From: Candidatus Iainarchaeum sp.
GTDB taxonomy: Archaea; Iainarchaeota; Iainarchaeia; JAGGVJ01
Direction: 5' to 3'
Assembly: GCA_021158055.1 (NCBI GenBank)
Contig: JAGGVJ010000019.1
Span: 1-64,000 of the forward strand
Length of the DNA stretch: 64,000 nt
The translations under genes and the position numbers were made by a program. Within the stretch, counting starts at the first letter, position 1; each line of letters begins with the position of its first letter. Below are positions 1-9,634 of this stretch, in pieces. Under the pieces are notes generated by a model. It ran no database searches. It saw only the letters and a program-made list of their open reading frames with translations, and was not told the DNA's origin.

Positions 1-126
1 AAGATATGAAGTTAGTTTCACTGAAAGATATGAAGTTAGTTTCACTGAAAGATATGAAGTTAGTTTCACTGAAAGATATGAAGTTAGTTTCACTGAAAGA
101 TATGAAGTTAGTTTCACTGAAAGATA
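1..126. repeat. Perfect 24-bp tandem repeat (AAGATATGAAGTTAGTTTCACTGA) x5 plus partial, may continue beyond window edge
   Basis: Five identical contiguous units with no spacers, just downstream of the trm5 stop. Confidence 0.97.
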
Positions 127-140
127 CAGGAACGGGTTGT

Positions 141-1217
141 TTAATTTTTCGGCGATAGCTGTGCATCTATCACTATCTGGAAAACATGCGGTGCGTAGGG
201 GCGTACTTTTTGCCTGAAAATGATTGTTGCCTTGAAACCGTTTCTTTGTGCGGCGTCTGTTATGATTTGTTCTGCTTCGCTGAAAAGGTCGTTTTCGTGG
301 GCAAAGTGATAAAAATGGATCATGCCGCCGTTTTTTTTCAGGCACTCGATTGCTTCATCCAGAAACATGTATGCTCCTTTTGGAAGCGGCATCAGGACTC
401 TGTCAAATTTTTTGCTTAAGCCGAGTTCTTTTGGTTTTTTCGCGTCTCCGAGCACAGGCGTTATTTTTGATTCAAAGTTGTTTTTTTTGATGTTTTGTTC
501 CATGTACTTGACTGCTTCTTTGTTTAGTTCCACTGCAACGATTTTGTTGACTTTGGGCTGGTGCCTGCAGATTGCAAGCGCAAACGGTCCGACTCCGGCA
601 AAAAGCACTGCAACGTCTTCGCCTTCTTTGACTTGTTTGCTTATTCGTTTTCTTTCGTTTGAAAGCCTTGGTGAAAAATACATTTTTGAAAGGTCAACGT
701 CCATGACTGAGCCGTGTTCTTTGTAACTGGAAATTGTTGTGTTTTCTCCTGCGATGACTTTTATCGGGCGCACGCGGAACTCGCCTGAAAATATCCCTGT
801 TCGCATTGCAACTGTTTTCACTCCTTTCTGGACCGAGAGCACTGCTTCTGCGATTGTCTTTTTTTTGTCAAGCAGTGTTTTTGGGATGTCAACGACTGCA
901 ATGTCGCCGACAATGTCAAATGAAGTGGTAAGATTTGACAGTTCTTCTTTTGAGAGTTTTGTTGAAAGCGCTTCTTTCAGGCTTTTCGGCTTTCTCTGGA
1001 TTTTTTCTGCTTCAAGTTCTGTTATTTCAAATTCAGCAATTTTTTTCAAAGAATTTGTTTTTCCTTTGTTTTCACACACTTCTTTTTTTACAGGGAAAAA
1101 AACGTGTTTTTCAGTGATTTTTACAGGAAACCCGTGTTCTTTTAAGTTGTTGTCAATTAAGTGCTTTCGGATTTTTTCCGCTTTTTTCTTTTCAACTTTT
1201 ATGTATTTCGCTTTCAT
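141..1217 (-). CDS. trm5: tRNA (guanine37-N1)-methyltransferase, Trm5/Taw22 (Met-10+) family
   Basis: SFDIVGDIAVV, GEFRVR, YFSPRLSNERKRI, LFAGVGPFAL SAM motif, RVLMPLP. Confidence 0.88.
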   Translation of the reverse strand: MKAKYIKVEKKKAEKIRKHLIDNNLKEHGFPVKITEKHVFFPVKKEVCENKGKTNSLKKIAEFEITELEAEKIQRKPKSLKEALSTKLSKEELSNLTTSFDIVGDIAVVDIPKTLLDKKKTIAEAVLSVQKGVKTVAMRTGIFSGEFRVRPIKVIAGENTTISSYKEHGSVMDVDLSKMYFSPRLSNERKRISKQVKEGEDVAVLFAGVGPFALAICRHQPKVNKIVAVELNKEAVKYMEQNIKKNNFESKITPVLGDAKKPKELGLSKKFDRVLMPLPKGAYMFLDEAIECLKKNGGMIHFYHFAHENDLFSEAEQIITDAAQRNGFKATIIFRQKVRPYAPHVFQIVIDAQLSPKN

Positions 1218-1421
1218 TTAACCATCTTTGAATAATTTGCTTTCTTTAACCGTTCTTAAAATAAGTCAGTGTTTATATTTTTTGAATGAGTTTGTTTATT
1301 TAGGGGTTTGAGTAAAACTAATAATCTATTAATGTGTTTGTTTTAAAATTTATTTGCTTTTATTGTCAATTAATGATTTTTAATGATTCATTGGTTTTTT
1401 AAGTATTCAAAGGGTTTTTTA

Positions 1422-2282
1422 ATGGTTGATGTAATAGACGAGTTTTTCATAAAACCGATTTTTCACGGCGGCGGTTACAATCTGGTTAACACGCTTTTTT
1501 TTGCAGCGGTGTTGATTGCAGCTGTTTTTGTGCTGTTCCGGGTCTTTTCAAGGTTTAATGTAAAAATTGACGAAAAATTTTTTTATTACCTGTTGCCGTT
1601 TATCTTCTTTGGCTCTGTCATGCGGTCTCTTGTTGATGTTTCCGAGAAGGCGTTGAGGCATGGGGAGGTTCCAATTATCCCTGTTGATGTTGCATGGGTT
1701 GTGTTGTTGCTTAAGACGCCGGGAATTTACTTTTTTGTGTTTTTGATTGTTGCGTTTTTGCTTGTGCTTCCCAGAATTCTTTCTTTTTTTGGCGTGGCAA
1801 AAAATTTGGGTTACAGGGAATTGTTGTTTTACCCTGGATTGGCTCTTGCAGCGGTCCCGGTTATTCTTGCGCTTTCAGAATTTGTTGCGCCCCTGTATTT
1901 TGCAGCTATTTTCGCAGCGGGTTTTGCTTTGGTTTTTGTCTTGAAAAAACTGGCGGTTTTGTTTAATTCAAAAATTCTTGACAAGAAAAACTCGTGGGTT
2001 CTTGGCGCGCACGTTTTGGACGGGACCGCAACGTTTGTGGGTGTGGGGCTTTTGGGTTGTTATGAACAGCACGTGGTGTCTTCAGCCGTGATCGGCTTGT
2101 TTTCGCCTCTTGCGTTTCCTGTCGCAAAAGTTTTATTGGTTCTTGTCGTGCTGCATTTTTTTGACAAAGACATTGAGTCTGAAGACGAGCGGAATTTCTA
2201 CAAGCTTGTTGTGTTCATACTTGGAGCAGCGCCCGGGTTGAGGGATGTGTTTTCAATCGGGCTTGGCATATGTGGTATTTGA
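1422..2282 (+). CDS. DUF63 family membrane protein
   Basis: GYNLVNT, AHVLDGTATFVG, YEQHVV, LGAAPGLRD motifs; multiple TM segments; start placed at MVDV. Confidence 0.8.
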   Translation: MVDVIDEFFIKPIFHGGGYNLVNTLFFAAVLIAAVFVLFRVFSRFNVKIDEKFFYYLLPFIFFGSVMRSLVDVSEKALRHGEVPIIPVDVAWVVLLLKTPGIYFFVFLIVAFLLVLPRILSFFGVAKNLGYRELLFYPGLALAAVPVILALSEFVAPLYFAAIFAAGFALVFVLKKLAVLFNSKILDKKNSWVLGAHVLDGTATFVGVGLLGCYEQHVVSSAVIGLFSPLAFPVAKVLLVLVVLHFFDKDIESEDERNFYKLVVFILGAAPGLRDVFSIGLGICGI

Positions 2283-2315
2283 ATGGATTGTTTTTAATAA
2301 AAAAAAGGTGATTTT

Positions 2316-3089
2316 TTGCTTAGTTTTGTTGGTTTGGGTGTAAATGACTGGCTTGATGTTTCGTTGAAGGGGCTTAAGGCATTAAAGGAAGCAGACATGA
2401 TTTTTGCTGAGTTTTACACGAGTTGCACTGAACTTGGTTTAAAAGATCTTGAAGTGGAAATCGGCAGGAAAATAAGTTTGCTGAAAAGAGAAGATGTTGA
2501 AATAAATGCAGGCATTGTTCTTGAGGCAGCTGAAAAAAACAATGTTGTGTTTCTGGTCGGCGGGGATGCAATGAGTGCAACCACCCATATTGACCTGCGC
2601 TTGAGGGCGGCTGAGAAAGGAATCAAGACAAGGTTGGTTCACGCGTCGTCTATTTTCACTGCGGCCATCGGTTCCTGTGGCCTGCAGCTTTACAAGTTCG
2701 GGAAAAGCGCCACGGTAGTTTTTCACGAGAAAAATTTTGCTCCAACTTCGTTTTACGATGTTGTTTGTGAAAACTCAAAACTTGGCTTGCATACTTTTCT
2801 TTTTCTGGATTTGCGTGCAGAGGAAAACAAGTATATGACGGCAAACGAGGCCATTTCAGTTTTAAGAAAAATAGAATCAGAGAAAAACAAAGGCGTTTTT
2901 TTGGGTGATTCGCTTGCAGTGGTTTGCGCGCGTGTTGGTTCAGCCACGGAACTTGTCAGGTTTGGGAAAGTAAGCGAGCTTGCAGAAGAAGATTTTGGAA
3001 AACCCCTTCACGTACTAATTGTTCCCGGAAAGCTTCACGATGTTGAAAGGGAGTCTCTTGAAGTCCTCGGCAAAAAAGAGCAGGAATAA
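2316..3089 (+). CDS. dph5: Diphthine synthase
   Basis: FVGLG, AEFYTS, GDAMSATTHIDL, GLQLYKFGKSAT, GLHTFLFLD; AGGTGA SD before TTG start. Confidence 0.95.
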   Translation: MLSFVGLGVNDWLDVSLKGLKALKEADMIFAEFYTSCTELGLKDLEVEIGRKISLLKREDVEINAGIVLEAAEKNNVVFLVGGDAMSATTHIDLRLRAAEKGIKTRLVHASSIFTAAIGSCGLQLYKFGKSATVVFHEKNFAPTSFYDVVCENSKLGLHTFLFLDLRAEENKYMTANEAISVLRKIESEKNKGVFLGDSLAVVCARVGSATELVRFGKVSELAEEDFGKPLHVLIVPGKLHDVERESLEVLGKKEQE

Positions 3090-3111
3090 CTGCTGTGTGG
3101 GGTATGGGTAA

Positions 3112-3171
3112 CTGCTTGTATGACTGTCTGCTTGTATGACTGTCTGCTTGTATGACTGTCTGCTTGTATGA
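3112..3171. repeat. 16-bp tandem repeat (CTGCTTGTATGACTGT) x3.75
   Basis: Directly visible between the convergent dph5 and DUF357 genes. Confidence 0.95.
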
Positions 3172-3172
3172 T

Positions 3173-3475
3173 CTAGTCCTTTAAAGTGAACAGTTGGTGG
3201 TCTTCTCCGACGTCAAACAAACCAAGTCTTGCGCCACAGTCAAGCCACGCATGAGCGTAAGAAGCAGCGCATAGGGCAGTGAGTTTGTCGTTGTTTTTGA
3301 AGAAGTGCTGGGAGTCGTCGCAGTAGCACTTGGCCATTTCCCTGAAGTTTTTTGCTGCATCGTACAGGTGAGAGTTTTTCGGAACAGCTATTTTTGATTT
3401 TTCAAGCGCCTTGGTTGTAAGGGAAAGGTAGTGCCGGTATTTTTTGTCTATTTCAGCAGGTTTTGCTTCTTCCAT
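3173..3475 (-). CDS. DUF357 domain protein
   Basis: MAKCYCDDSQHF...ALCAASYAHAWLDCGARLG pattern. Confidence 0.85.
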   Translation of the reverse strand: MEEAKPAEIDKKYRHYLSLTTKALEKSKIAVPKNSHLYDAAKNFREMAKCYCDDSQHFFKNNDKLTALCAASYAHAWLDCGARLGLFDVGEDHQLFTLKD

Positions 3476-3476
3476 T

Positions 3477-4445
3477 TTATTCCTCTTCTGGTCTCGGTTC
3501 ATCCGAAAGCTGTGTTTCCCCTACTTCAAGCAGTGTTGTTTCTGTTATCCTTCCGTTTTCGTCAAACACCACTTCTACTTTTTCAATGCGGAATTTCCTG
3601 TCTGTTTCCCAGACTGTCCGGTTTCCGACAACGGTCCATTGCACCACACTCATTGAATCTATTTTGTATAAAATCTGAAGTATTTCGCTGATGTCTTCTG
3701 CGAATTTTGCAGCTGAAACCGCCTTTGATTTATTGAAAGCAATTGTTTTTTCAGATATTGTTATGGTTTTTCCTGTTTTTTCACCTGTTTCTGCATCTAT
3801 GTTCATTATGAGGGTAAGCACTGTGGATGTGTTTTCAGTGAGTTCGCGGTACTGATACGCTTTTACTTCAAAGACCGGCTGGCCGAGGTAAAATTTTTCC
3901 GAAACCCTGTTTATGGCGTCGAAGTGAAGGTCTTCCAACACTATTTTTTCAACTTCTTCTGCTGTCAAAAGCACGGGTTCTTCAATTGTTTCCGGCTCTT
4001 CTTCCGGTTCGCCTGCGTCGATTATAATAGATTCGTCAGTTTTTTCATCTTCAAACCTTGTTTGTTCAAGTGCCTGCAATACATGGTTCCTGCATTCCGC
4101 CCTGACTGACTGGTTTTTTATTTCGTTGCAGTACATTGACTTCAACTGCGTCCTTCCCAAGGTGTCAAAGCAGGTGTCTTTCCATTTCAAACCGAATTCA
4201 TTGCATTTTTCAGCTGTAAGCTCGTCTTTTACTGCATCGAAAACTTTTGAGTAACAGGCGTCAACAGATGATGCTATCGCAAGTGTTGAGCAAAGGGTAG
4301 GGTTTTTGTTTTCCACTGCTTTTAAAGTCACTTCCGCGTCGTTCTGAAGCGAAATGCACCCGAAAAATAGCAGTATTGCAAAAAAACCGGCACCGGCAAG
4401 GATTGCTATTTTTTGTTGTTTAGTAAGCGAATTGAAATCTACCAT
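3477..4445 (-). CDS. Membrane-anchored hypothetical protein with Cys-spaced helical repeats
   Basis: N-terminal TM helix, periodic Cys (CST..DACY, KC..DTCF, YC..AECR), acidic linker. Confidence 0.7.
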   Translation of the reverse strand: MVDFNSLTKQQKIAILAGAGFFAILLFFGCISLQNDAEVTLKAVENKNPTLCSTLAIASSVDACYSKVFDAVKDELTAEKCNEFGLKWKDTCFDTLGRTQLKSMYCNEIKNQSVRAECRNHVLQALEQTRFEDEKTDESIIIDAGEPEEEPETIEEPVLLTAEEVEKIVLEDLHFDAINRVSEKFYLGQPVFEVKAYQYRELTENTSTVLTLIMNIDAETGEKTGKTITISEKTIAFNKSKAVSAAKFAEDISEILQILYKIDSMSVVQWTVVGNRTVWETDRKFRIEKVEVVFDENGRITETTLLEVGETQLSDEPRPEEE

Positions 4446-4699
4446 GATAGTATTGTTTGTTTATGTTACTAAAGAACTTTTCTTTATTAACTGTTAATTT
4501 TTGGTAATCGGTAATTGTTGTTTGTTTTGAAGATACTTGATGATGTGCTTTCGCATGGCGGGAAAGGTTTGCATTTTGCCTTTGATTGGTAATTGTTCTT
4601 TTTTGGCGTGTAATCGCAAATGATTAAAATCAGCAGGTATATTAATTGTTTATCAGCAATATATTAGTTGTTTGATTCTTTGGTTATGGTGGTGGTTGT

Positions 4700-5137
4700 T
4701 TGAATTTTATAGAGCTTAAATCTGACAGGAACAAAAAGATAGTCTCGGCAGTCGGGGTTGTTTTGCTTGTGGTTGTGCTGGCTTTTGCAGTTTACTCAAT
4801 GTATTCTTTTTTCAAGTTAAAGCCTCTTAAACTTTCTTTAAGCGATTCGCAGATTGCACCCGGTGAGGAAACAACCCTTATGGTGCATGTTCGAAACACA
4901 GGTCCGAAAGTTTTGGAGGATCTGTTGGTGGAAGTGGAACCGACTGACTTCAGCACAGTTACAGTTGAACCTCCAAACGGAAGACAGATTAGCATTTTGG
5001 GTTCAGGTGAATTCCGCGAAGTCACTTTTTCGATTAAGGTCAGTGAAAGCGCCCTTCCCGGAAGTTACGGTGTAAACGTTGCGTTTGACAACGGAGACAG
5101 GAAAGTAAATGAAAAAATTTACTTTAGGGTCAGTTAG
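4700..5137 (+). CDS. Membrane-anchored single Ig-like (NEW3/CARDB-like) domain protein
   Basis: N-terminal TM; IAPGEETTLMVHVRNTG...LGSGEFREVTFSIKVSESALPGSY. Confidence 0.7.
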   Translation: MNFIELKSDRNKKIVSAVGVVLLVVVLAFAVYSMYSFFKLKPLKLSLSDSQIAPGEETTLMVHVRNTGPKVLEDLLVEVEPTDFSTVTVEPPNGRQISILGSGEFREVTFSIKVSESALPGSYGVNVAFDNGDRKVNEKIYFRVS

Positions 5138-5145
5138 GTGATTTT

Positions 5146-5820
5146 TTGCCAAGGGTTTTTTTGCTTGGCAAAAAACTGGCAGTAGAGATACCTTCAGATA
5201 TTGCAAGGCATCATGGTATTTCAGAGGGGCAGGAATTGACTTTTTCTTCTAAAGACGCGGGTTCTGTAATTGTTTCTGTGGAAAAACGCGGGGCTTTTTC
5301 AAGAAATTCTGTTTTGAACGAACTCCTTGAAATTCCTTTTGAGAAACGCAGTGTAAAAGCAGTTCTTGAAAAATTCTCCAGGGAAAAAAGAAAAATTTTT
5401 GCAGAGCTTGTGAAGGAAGACAAAGTAATCCTTTCTAATAAAACTTACCGCGTGCCTTTGAGTGTTGTTAAATCCGCGGGAGCGCGGGCAATGCATGGCA
5501 ATTTAGGGGATTCTTTCAGGTATCTGGTTATAAAAGAGGAAGCGGAAGCCCGCAAAGTTTCGGACGGATTAAGTGAAGAGATCTTGTCCGGAAAGATAAT
5601 TGGCGTGCGTGGCTTTGACTCGAATTTTTATGTGGTCGGCCTGGATGTTTTTAAAGAAGTTTCTTCAAAAATTTCCGGTGCCATAAACGAGGGTATTGCT
5701 GATTTTGACAGTCTGTCAAAAAAAGTGGGTGACCGGAATCTTTTGAAGGCAGTGATTGAAGTGATGAAAGACAAAGGCATGGTTGTTGAAAAACGGAACG
5801 GTTTGTTTGTGGTTGTTTGA
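5146..5820 (+). CDS. Hypothetical protein with N-terminal AbrB/MazE-like domain and C-terminal wHTH-like end
   Basis: LAVEIPSDIARHHGISEGQELTF resembles the AbrB swapped hairpin; AGGTGA SD. Confidence 0.6.
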   Translation: MPRVFLLGKKLAVEIPSDIARHHGISEGQELTFSSKDAGSVIVSVEKRGAFSRNSVLNELLEIPFEKRSVKAVLEKFSREKRKIFAELVKEDKVILSNKTYRVPLSVVKSAGARAMHGNLGDSFRYLVIKEEAEARKVSDGLSEEILSGKIIGVRGFDSNFYVVGLDVFKEVSSKISGAINEGIADFDSLSKKVGDRNLLKAVIEVMKDKGMVVEKRNGLFVVV

Positions 5821-6242
5821 GGATGAAGAATATGTCGAAAAAGCTGAAGGACAGGGGCATGTCAAAAAATTTGCTTGTGCTGGTTTTAAGTGAAGACAGT
5901 GTTGATAAAGATGCCTTGAAAGACCACTTGAAAAGTTTTGAAAAAGTCTATCTTTTGCACGTGATTGATGTTGATTCAATGGAAAACAAAGCGTTTTTCC
6001 AGGAGTGCGGGAAAGTCAGGGGTGCTGAAAAATTGCTTGAATCAATCAAGTCTTTTATCGCTGAAGCGGGGCTGGATGCAGAGTATTTTGTTGAGTGGGG
6101 GCGTTTGATGGAGAAATTGAAGATGTTTTGCACCATCTACAATATTGATGAAGTAATCACAGGCACAGGGGAGGAAAATATTTTGTCTGAACTGGAATCG
6201 GTCTGTTTGAAGGATTTGAATATTTCTTTCACTCGCCTGTGA
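5817..6242 (+). CDS. Universal stress protein-like
   Basis: VYLLHVID...VEWGRLMEKL...IDEVITG pattern; start uncertain. Confidence 0.55.
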   Translation: MRMKNMSKKLKDRGMSKNLLVLVLSEDSVDKDALKDHLKSFEKVYLLHVIDVDSMENKAFFQECGKVRGAEKLLESIKSFIAEAGLDAEYFVEWGRLMEKLKMFCTIYNIDEVITGTGEENILSELESVCLKDLNISFTRL

Positions 6243-6327
6243 TTTTTGGGTTTTTTTCGCAGAAAAACGGTCATGACAAGCATAAATAGGTGTATTGAGC
6301 ATAATAAGTATAAGATACGGTGATTGT

Positions 6328-6855
6328 TTGAGTTCAAAAAAAATGTTTGAGTGCAAGCTTGTTGAAGAAAAAGTGATTGTTGAAGACAATGATTTCATGT
6401 CCGAGCTTGTTGAAAAAGGATTTGGTGAAAAGAAGGGCAAAAAGTTGTTGCTTTCCCTGGTTGAAGCTGTGCATCTTGCTTCTCAGGAACGCTTGTGTGT
6501 GTTGAAAAGCGGGAAGAAGCTGTCGAAAGAGAAATTTGAGGATGCAGCGTCTGACCTTGACACCCAGCTGCACAAGAAACTGGTCGTGTATTCTGATTTG
6601 AGAAAACGCGGTTTCGTGGTTAAAACAGGTTTCAAGTTCGGCGGGCATTTTCGTGTCTATCCGAGAGGGGCAAAAGCAGGCGAAATGCACACCAAGTACG
6701 TTGTGCATATTTACCCGGAAGAATATGAGTGTTCGTTTACTGAGATTTCCAGGGCAGTCAGGCTTGCCCACAATATACGGACAAGGTATATAATGGCTGT
6801 CATTGACTCTGAAAACGATGTCACTTACTACAAGATTGAACGGGTGAAGCTTTAG
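6328..6855 (+). CDS. endA: tRNA-splicing endonuclease (single-unit type)
   Basis: LSLVEAVHL, VYSDLRKRGFVVKTGFKFGGHFRVY, EMH, RLAHNIR, DVTYY; GGTGA SD before TTG 6328. Confidence 0.93.
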   Translation: MSSKKMFECKLVEEKVIVEDNDFMSELVEKGFGEKKGKKLLLSLVEAVHLASQERLCVLKSGKKLSKEKFEDAASDLDTQLHKKLVVYSDLRKRGFVVKTGFKFGGHFRVYPRGAKAGEMHTKYVVHIYPEEYECSFTEISRAVRLAHNIRTRYIMAVIDSENDVTYYKIERVKL

Positions 6856-6880
6856 CTTTCAACCCTCCCTTCCCCATCGC

Positions 6881-8524
6881 TCAGATTTGTGTTTTTTTCA
6901 GGATGTTTCGCATCTGATCAATTTCTTCTTTCTGGCTTTTCTGCTGCATGTGCATGTAAACCCTTATTCCGATAATGCTTATGGCGAGAATCGCCATAAA
7001 ACCGATTACTGGAGGCACTTCCATTCCGATAAGGTTTCCGGTAATCGGAATTGTTCCAGGGATTTCTTTCTTGTTTGAGAGCAGTATTTTTTCTGTTGCA
7101 AGAGTGGTTTCTTCAATGCCGCCACTGATTTTTGTTTCAAGGTAAAATTTTTCTTTGGTTTCTTTCGGGAGTATGACAACGCTGAACTCTTTTGTTTCCC
7201 CTGGTTCGATTGAAATTTTGTCTTTTGACACAAGCGTTTCCCAGTTTTCAGGCACTCCGCTTATTTCAACTGAAATGTCTTTTGCAGGGTTTGAGGATTT
7301 GTTTGTCACTTCAAACAAGACCAGTATCTGGTTTACTTCGCCGTCTATTGTGTTTTTTTTCACGGTGTAATTCAGGTCAAGTTCGGGAAGCTCTTCCGCA
7401 CCGTTGTCAGTTTCTTCAACGTCGTTGTCTGCAGGGCTTTCAGCTGACTCTTTAATGGTTACGGTTGCGGAAATCGTTTTTGTGACCGTTCCGCCTTTTA
7501 CAGTCAAAGTCACTTGTTTTTCCCCTGTTGCTTCGGTTTCGCCTGCTTTGACAGTTACATCTACAAATTTGTCTTCCCCTGCGTTGAGCGTGAATTGTGA
7601 GTCGTCCACTTGCACGAATTCGTCTTTTGGAAGTATTACAAAGTAAGTGCTTGAATTTTCATTGTTTTTTATGTACAGGCTGGTTTTGTTGCTTGAGCCC
7701 TGTTCCACTGAAAATGTTTGGGGGGTGAATTGCACGAAGTATTCATTGCTTGGTTTCACGGTCATGCAAAGCGTGTCCCTTGCAACTACCACGTTTGATT
7801 TTTCATTTCTTAAGGCCACGGAAACCATGTATGTTCCTGCTTCAATTTTCTTTTCAGGCGTGAGTATCAGTGTTATTGTTTTTTTCTCCCCTGTGTTAAA
7901 TGAGTATAAATCGTCTGAATCCGCGTCAATCCTGACTGAAATCGGTTGGTCGTGGCTTGTGATTATTTCAAAGTCGCCGCCAGCGCCGTTATTGACATAG
8001 GTTAACTGGTATGTGCGTGAGAATCCGGGAAGCGTTGTTCTGCATGATGTGTCTTTGATGGTTGAGATTATTCCTGTTGTGCCGGTTGATTCCGTTTCGT
8101 CTGAATCAGTGTAGTAATCTGTGTCGCTTTCTGTTTTTTCACGGATTTGCGCTGTTCGGGTGTCGCTTTGGCTGCAGTATCCGTTAAATAAAGATGTGAA
8201 TGTGAGTGTTTTTTCACCGGGTCGCATGTCTTCGTCAATGTCTACCCTGACTGTCACTGTTTTTGATGACAGCGCGCTTAAGCTGAAGTTGTTTATTTCA
8301 AAGACTGTTTCAAGACCGTCGCTTGCTTGCGCGTTTAGTGAAACTGTTCCCGGGAAAGAGTAATTGTTTGTGATTTCAAGGGTGTAGTAAAGTGATTCTC
8401 CTTGTTCTGCAATTGAATTTATGGAATATGCCTGCAGGTTTCCGCAGTCAGATGCAAGCGCAGCTGAGATGAGGATTATGATTCCTATCACGATTGATAT
8501 GTGTTTTTTCATTGGTATCACCAA
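6881..8524 (-). CDS. Cell-surface protein with Ig-like/NEW3 (COG1470-like) domains and C-terminal TM anchor
   Basis: Signal peptide, repeated beta-sandwich motifs, ITGNLIG followed by TM and basic tail; start may be slightly downstream. Confidence 0.8.
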   Translation of the reverse strand: MVIPMKKHISIVIGIIILISAALASDCGNLQAYSINSIAEQGESLYYTLEITNNYSFPGTVSLNAQASDGLETVFEINNFSLSALSSKTVTVRVDIDEDMRPGEKTLTFTSLFNGYCSQSDTRTAQIREKTESDTDYYTDSDETESTGTTGIISTIKDTSCRTTLPGFSRTYQLTYVNNGAGGDFEIITSHDQPISVRIDADSDDLYSFNTGEKKTITLILTPEKKIEAGTYMVSVALRNEKSNVVVARDTLCMTVKPSNEYFVQFTPQTFSVEQGSSNKTSLYIKNNENSSTYFVILPKDEFVQVDDSQFTLNAGEDKFVDVTVKAGETEATGEKQVTLTVKGGTVTKTISATVTIKESAESPADNDVEETDNGAEELPELDLNYTVKKNTIDGEVNQILVLFEVTNKSSNPAKDISVEISGVPENWETLVSKDKISIEPGETKEFSVVILPKETKEKFYLETKISGGIEETTLATEKILLSNKKEIPGTIPITGNLIGMEVPPVIGFMAILAISIIGIRVYMHMQQKSQKEEIDQMRNILKKTQI

Positions 8525-8587
8525 ACGCTTTTATTTTTTGGTTTAATCTGGCATAATGCCGATAATGCTAATCACACTTGTGTAATA

Positions 8588-8610
8588 TTATTGCAAAAAG
8601 AGTATATAAA
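8588..8610 (-). promoter_or_regulatory. TATA box followed by TTTTGCAATAA element (promoter of 6881-8524 gene)
   Basis: Minus strand reads TTTATATA-CTCT-TTTTGCAATAA; same architecture at 15733-15755. Confidence 0.6.
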
Positions 8611-8668
8611 CTTTTGCAATTTTATTGCAAACCTGATTTAAGTTGGGATTGTGTGTTTTAGAATGTAA

Positions 8669-8719
8669 CCACTAAAAAGTGGTGTTAAATTGGGTTGCTA
8701 GACACTACTTTTTAGTAGT
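8669..8719. promoter_or_regulatory. Two palindromic YACT-N4-AGTR boxes, candidate TrmB operators
   Basis: CCACTAAAAAGTGG (8669-8682) and ACTACTTTTTAGTAGT (8704-8719) upstream of trmB. Confidence 0.55.
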
Positions 8720-8821
8720 AATCTTTATAAAGGAGATTTAATTTGTTTAGTTTACATAGTTTAAAGTTTTGATGTGTGTCTGTTGAAGTCTTAAACATAT
8801 ATTTGACTGTGTGATGGTATT

Positions 8822-9604
8822 ATGATTGAATTGAATCAGCTTATTTCTACGCTTTCCAGACTGGGGTTGAACCAGTATGAAGCAAAGGCGTATATTTCTC
8901 TTTTTGCAATCGGTTTGCCGACTGCGGGTGAACTGGCAGAGGATGCTAAGATACCCCGTTCGCGTGTTTATGATGTTCTCGCAAGCCTTGAGAATAAAGG
9001 CTTTGTGGTTTCAAGAGCCGGTAGGCCTACGAAGTACAAGGCAACTGATCCTTCGGAGCTGATTGGTGTTGTAAAAAAGCACAGGCAGGAGGATTTTGAG
9101 AAATCAATAGGTGAGCTTGACAGGCTTTCAACTGTGATTGTCAGTCAGTTTAAAGGGGTTTCTTCAAAGGACTCCCACAACACGCAGGCAAGTGACATGG
9201 CTTGGACTATTCAGGGCAATGCGAATATTTACAGCAAAATAAACGCGCTTATACAAAAAGCAGACAAATATGTGAATATTTCTACTTCAGCAAAGGGTCT
9301 GGAAAAGAAAGTTTCGGAAATAAAGGATGAGTTAAAGGAGGCAGTAGGCAGGGGTGCTCAGGTGAAAGTAATCACTGCAACTAACGAGAAAACAGAGGGC
9401 GTTGCAAGCAGGATAAGGGAGTTTGCGGACATTAAAGAGGATGATTCAAACATTCACAAGTATATGCTGTTTGATGACAGTGATGCCTTGGTTTTCCTCA
9501 CTGACTCCGAGCATTCAGGCGAAAACCTGGCCATGTGGGTAAGCAGCCCGCATTTTTGCCGTTCCTACAAGTCGCTTTTTGACAAGCATTTCGATTCTCT
9601 TTAA
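8822..9604 (+). CDS. TrmB family transcriptional regulator
   Basis: LGLNQYEAKAY, IPRSRVYDVLASLENKGFV, GRPTKY; PLD-like C-terminal domain. Confidence 0.92.
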   Translation: MIELNQLISTLSRLGLNQYEAKAYISLFAIGLPTAGELAEDAKIPRSRVYDVLASLENKGFVVSRAGRPTKYKATDPSELIGVVKKHRQEDFEKSIGELDRLSTVIVSQFKGVSSKDSHNTQASDMAWTIQGNANIYSKINALIQKADKYVNISTSAKGLEKKVSEIKDELKEAVGRGAQVKVITATNEKTEGVASRIREFADIKEDDSNIHKYMLFDDSDALVFLTDSEHSGENLAMWVSSPHFCRSYKSLFDKHFDSL

Positions 9605-9634
9605 TGCCTTTGTTGCAGGTGCTTCTTTTCAGCA

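Noticed and set aside
1-126. Possible CRISPR array
   Set aside because: Units are contiguous with no spacers, and no cas operon is present.
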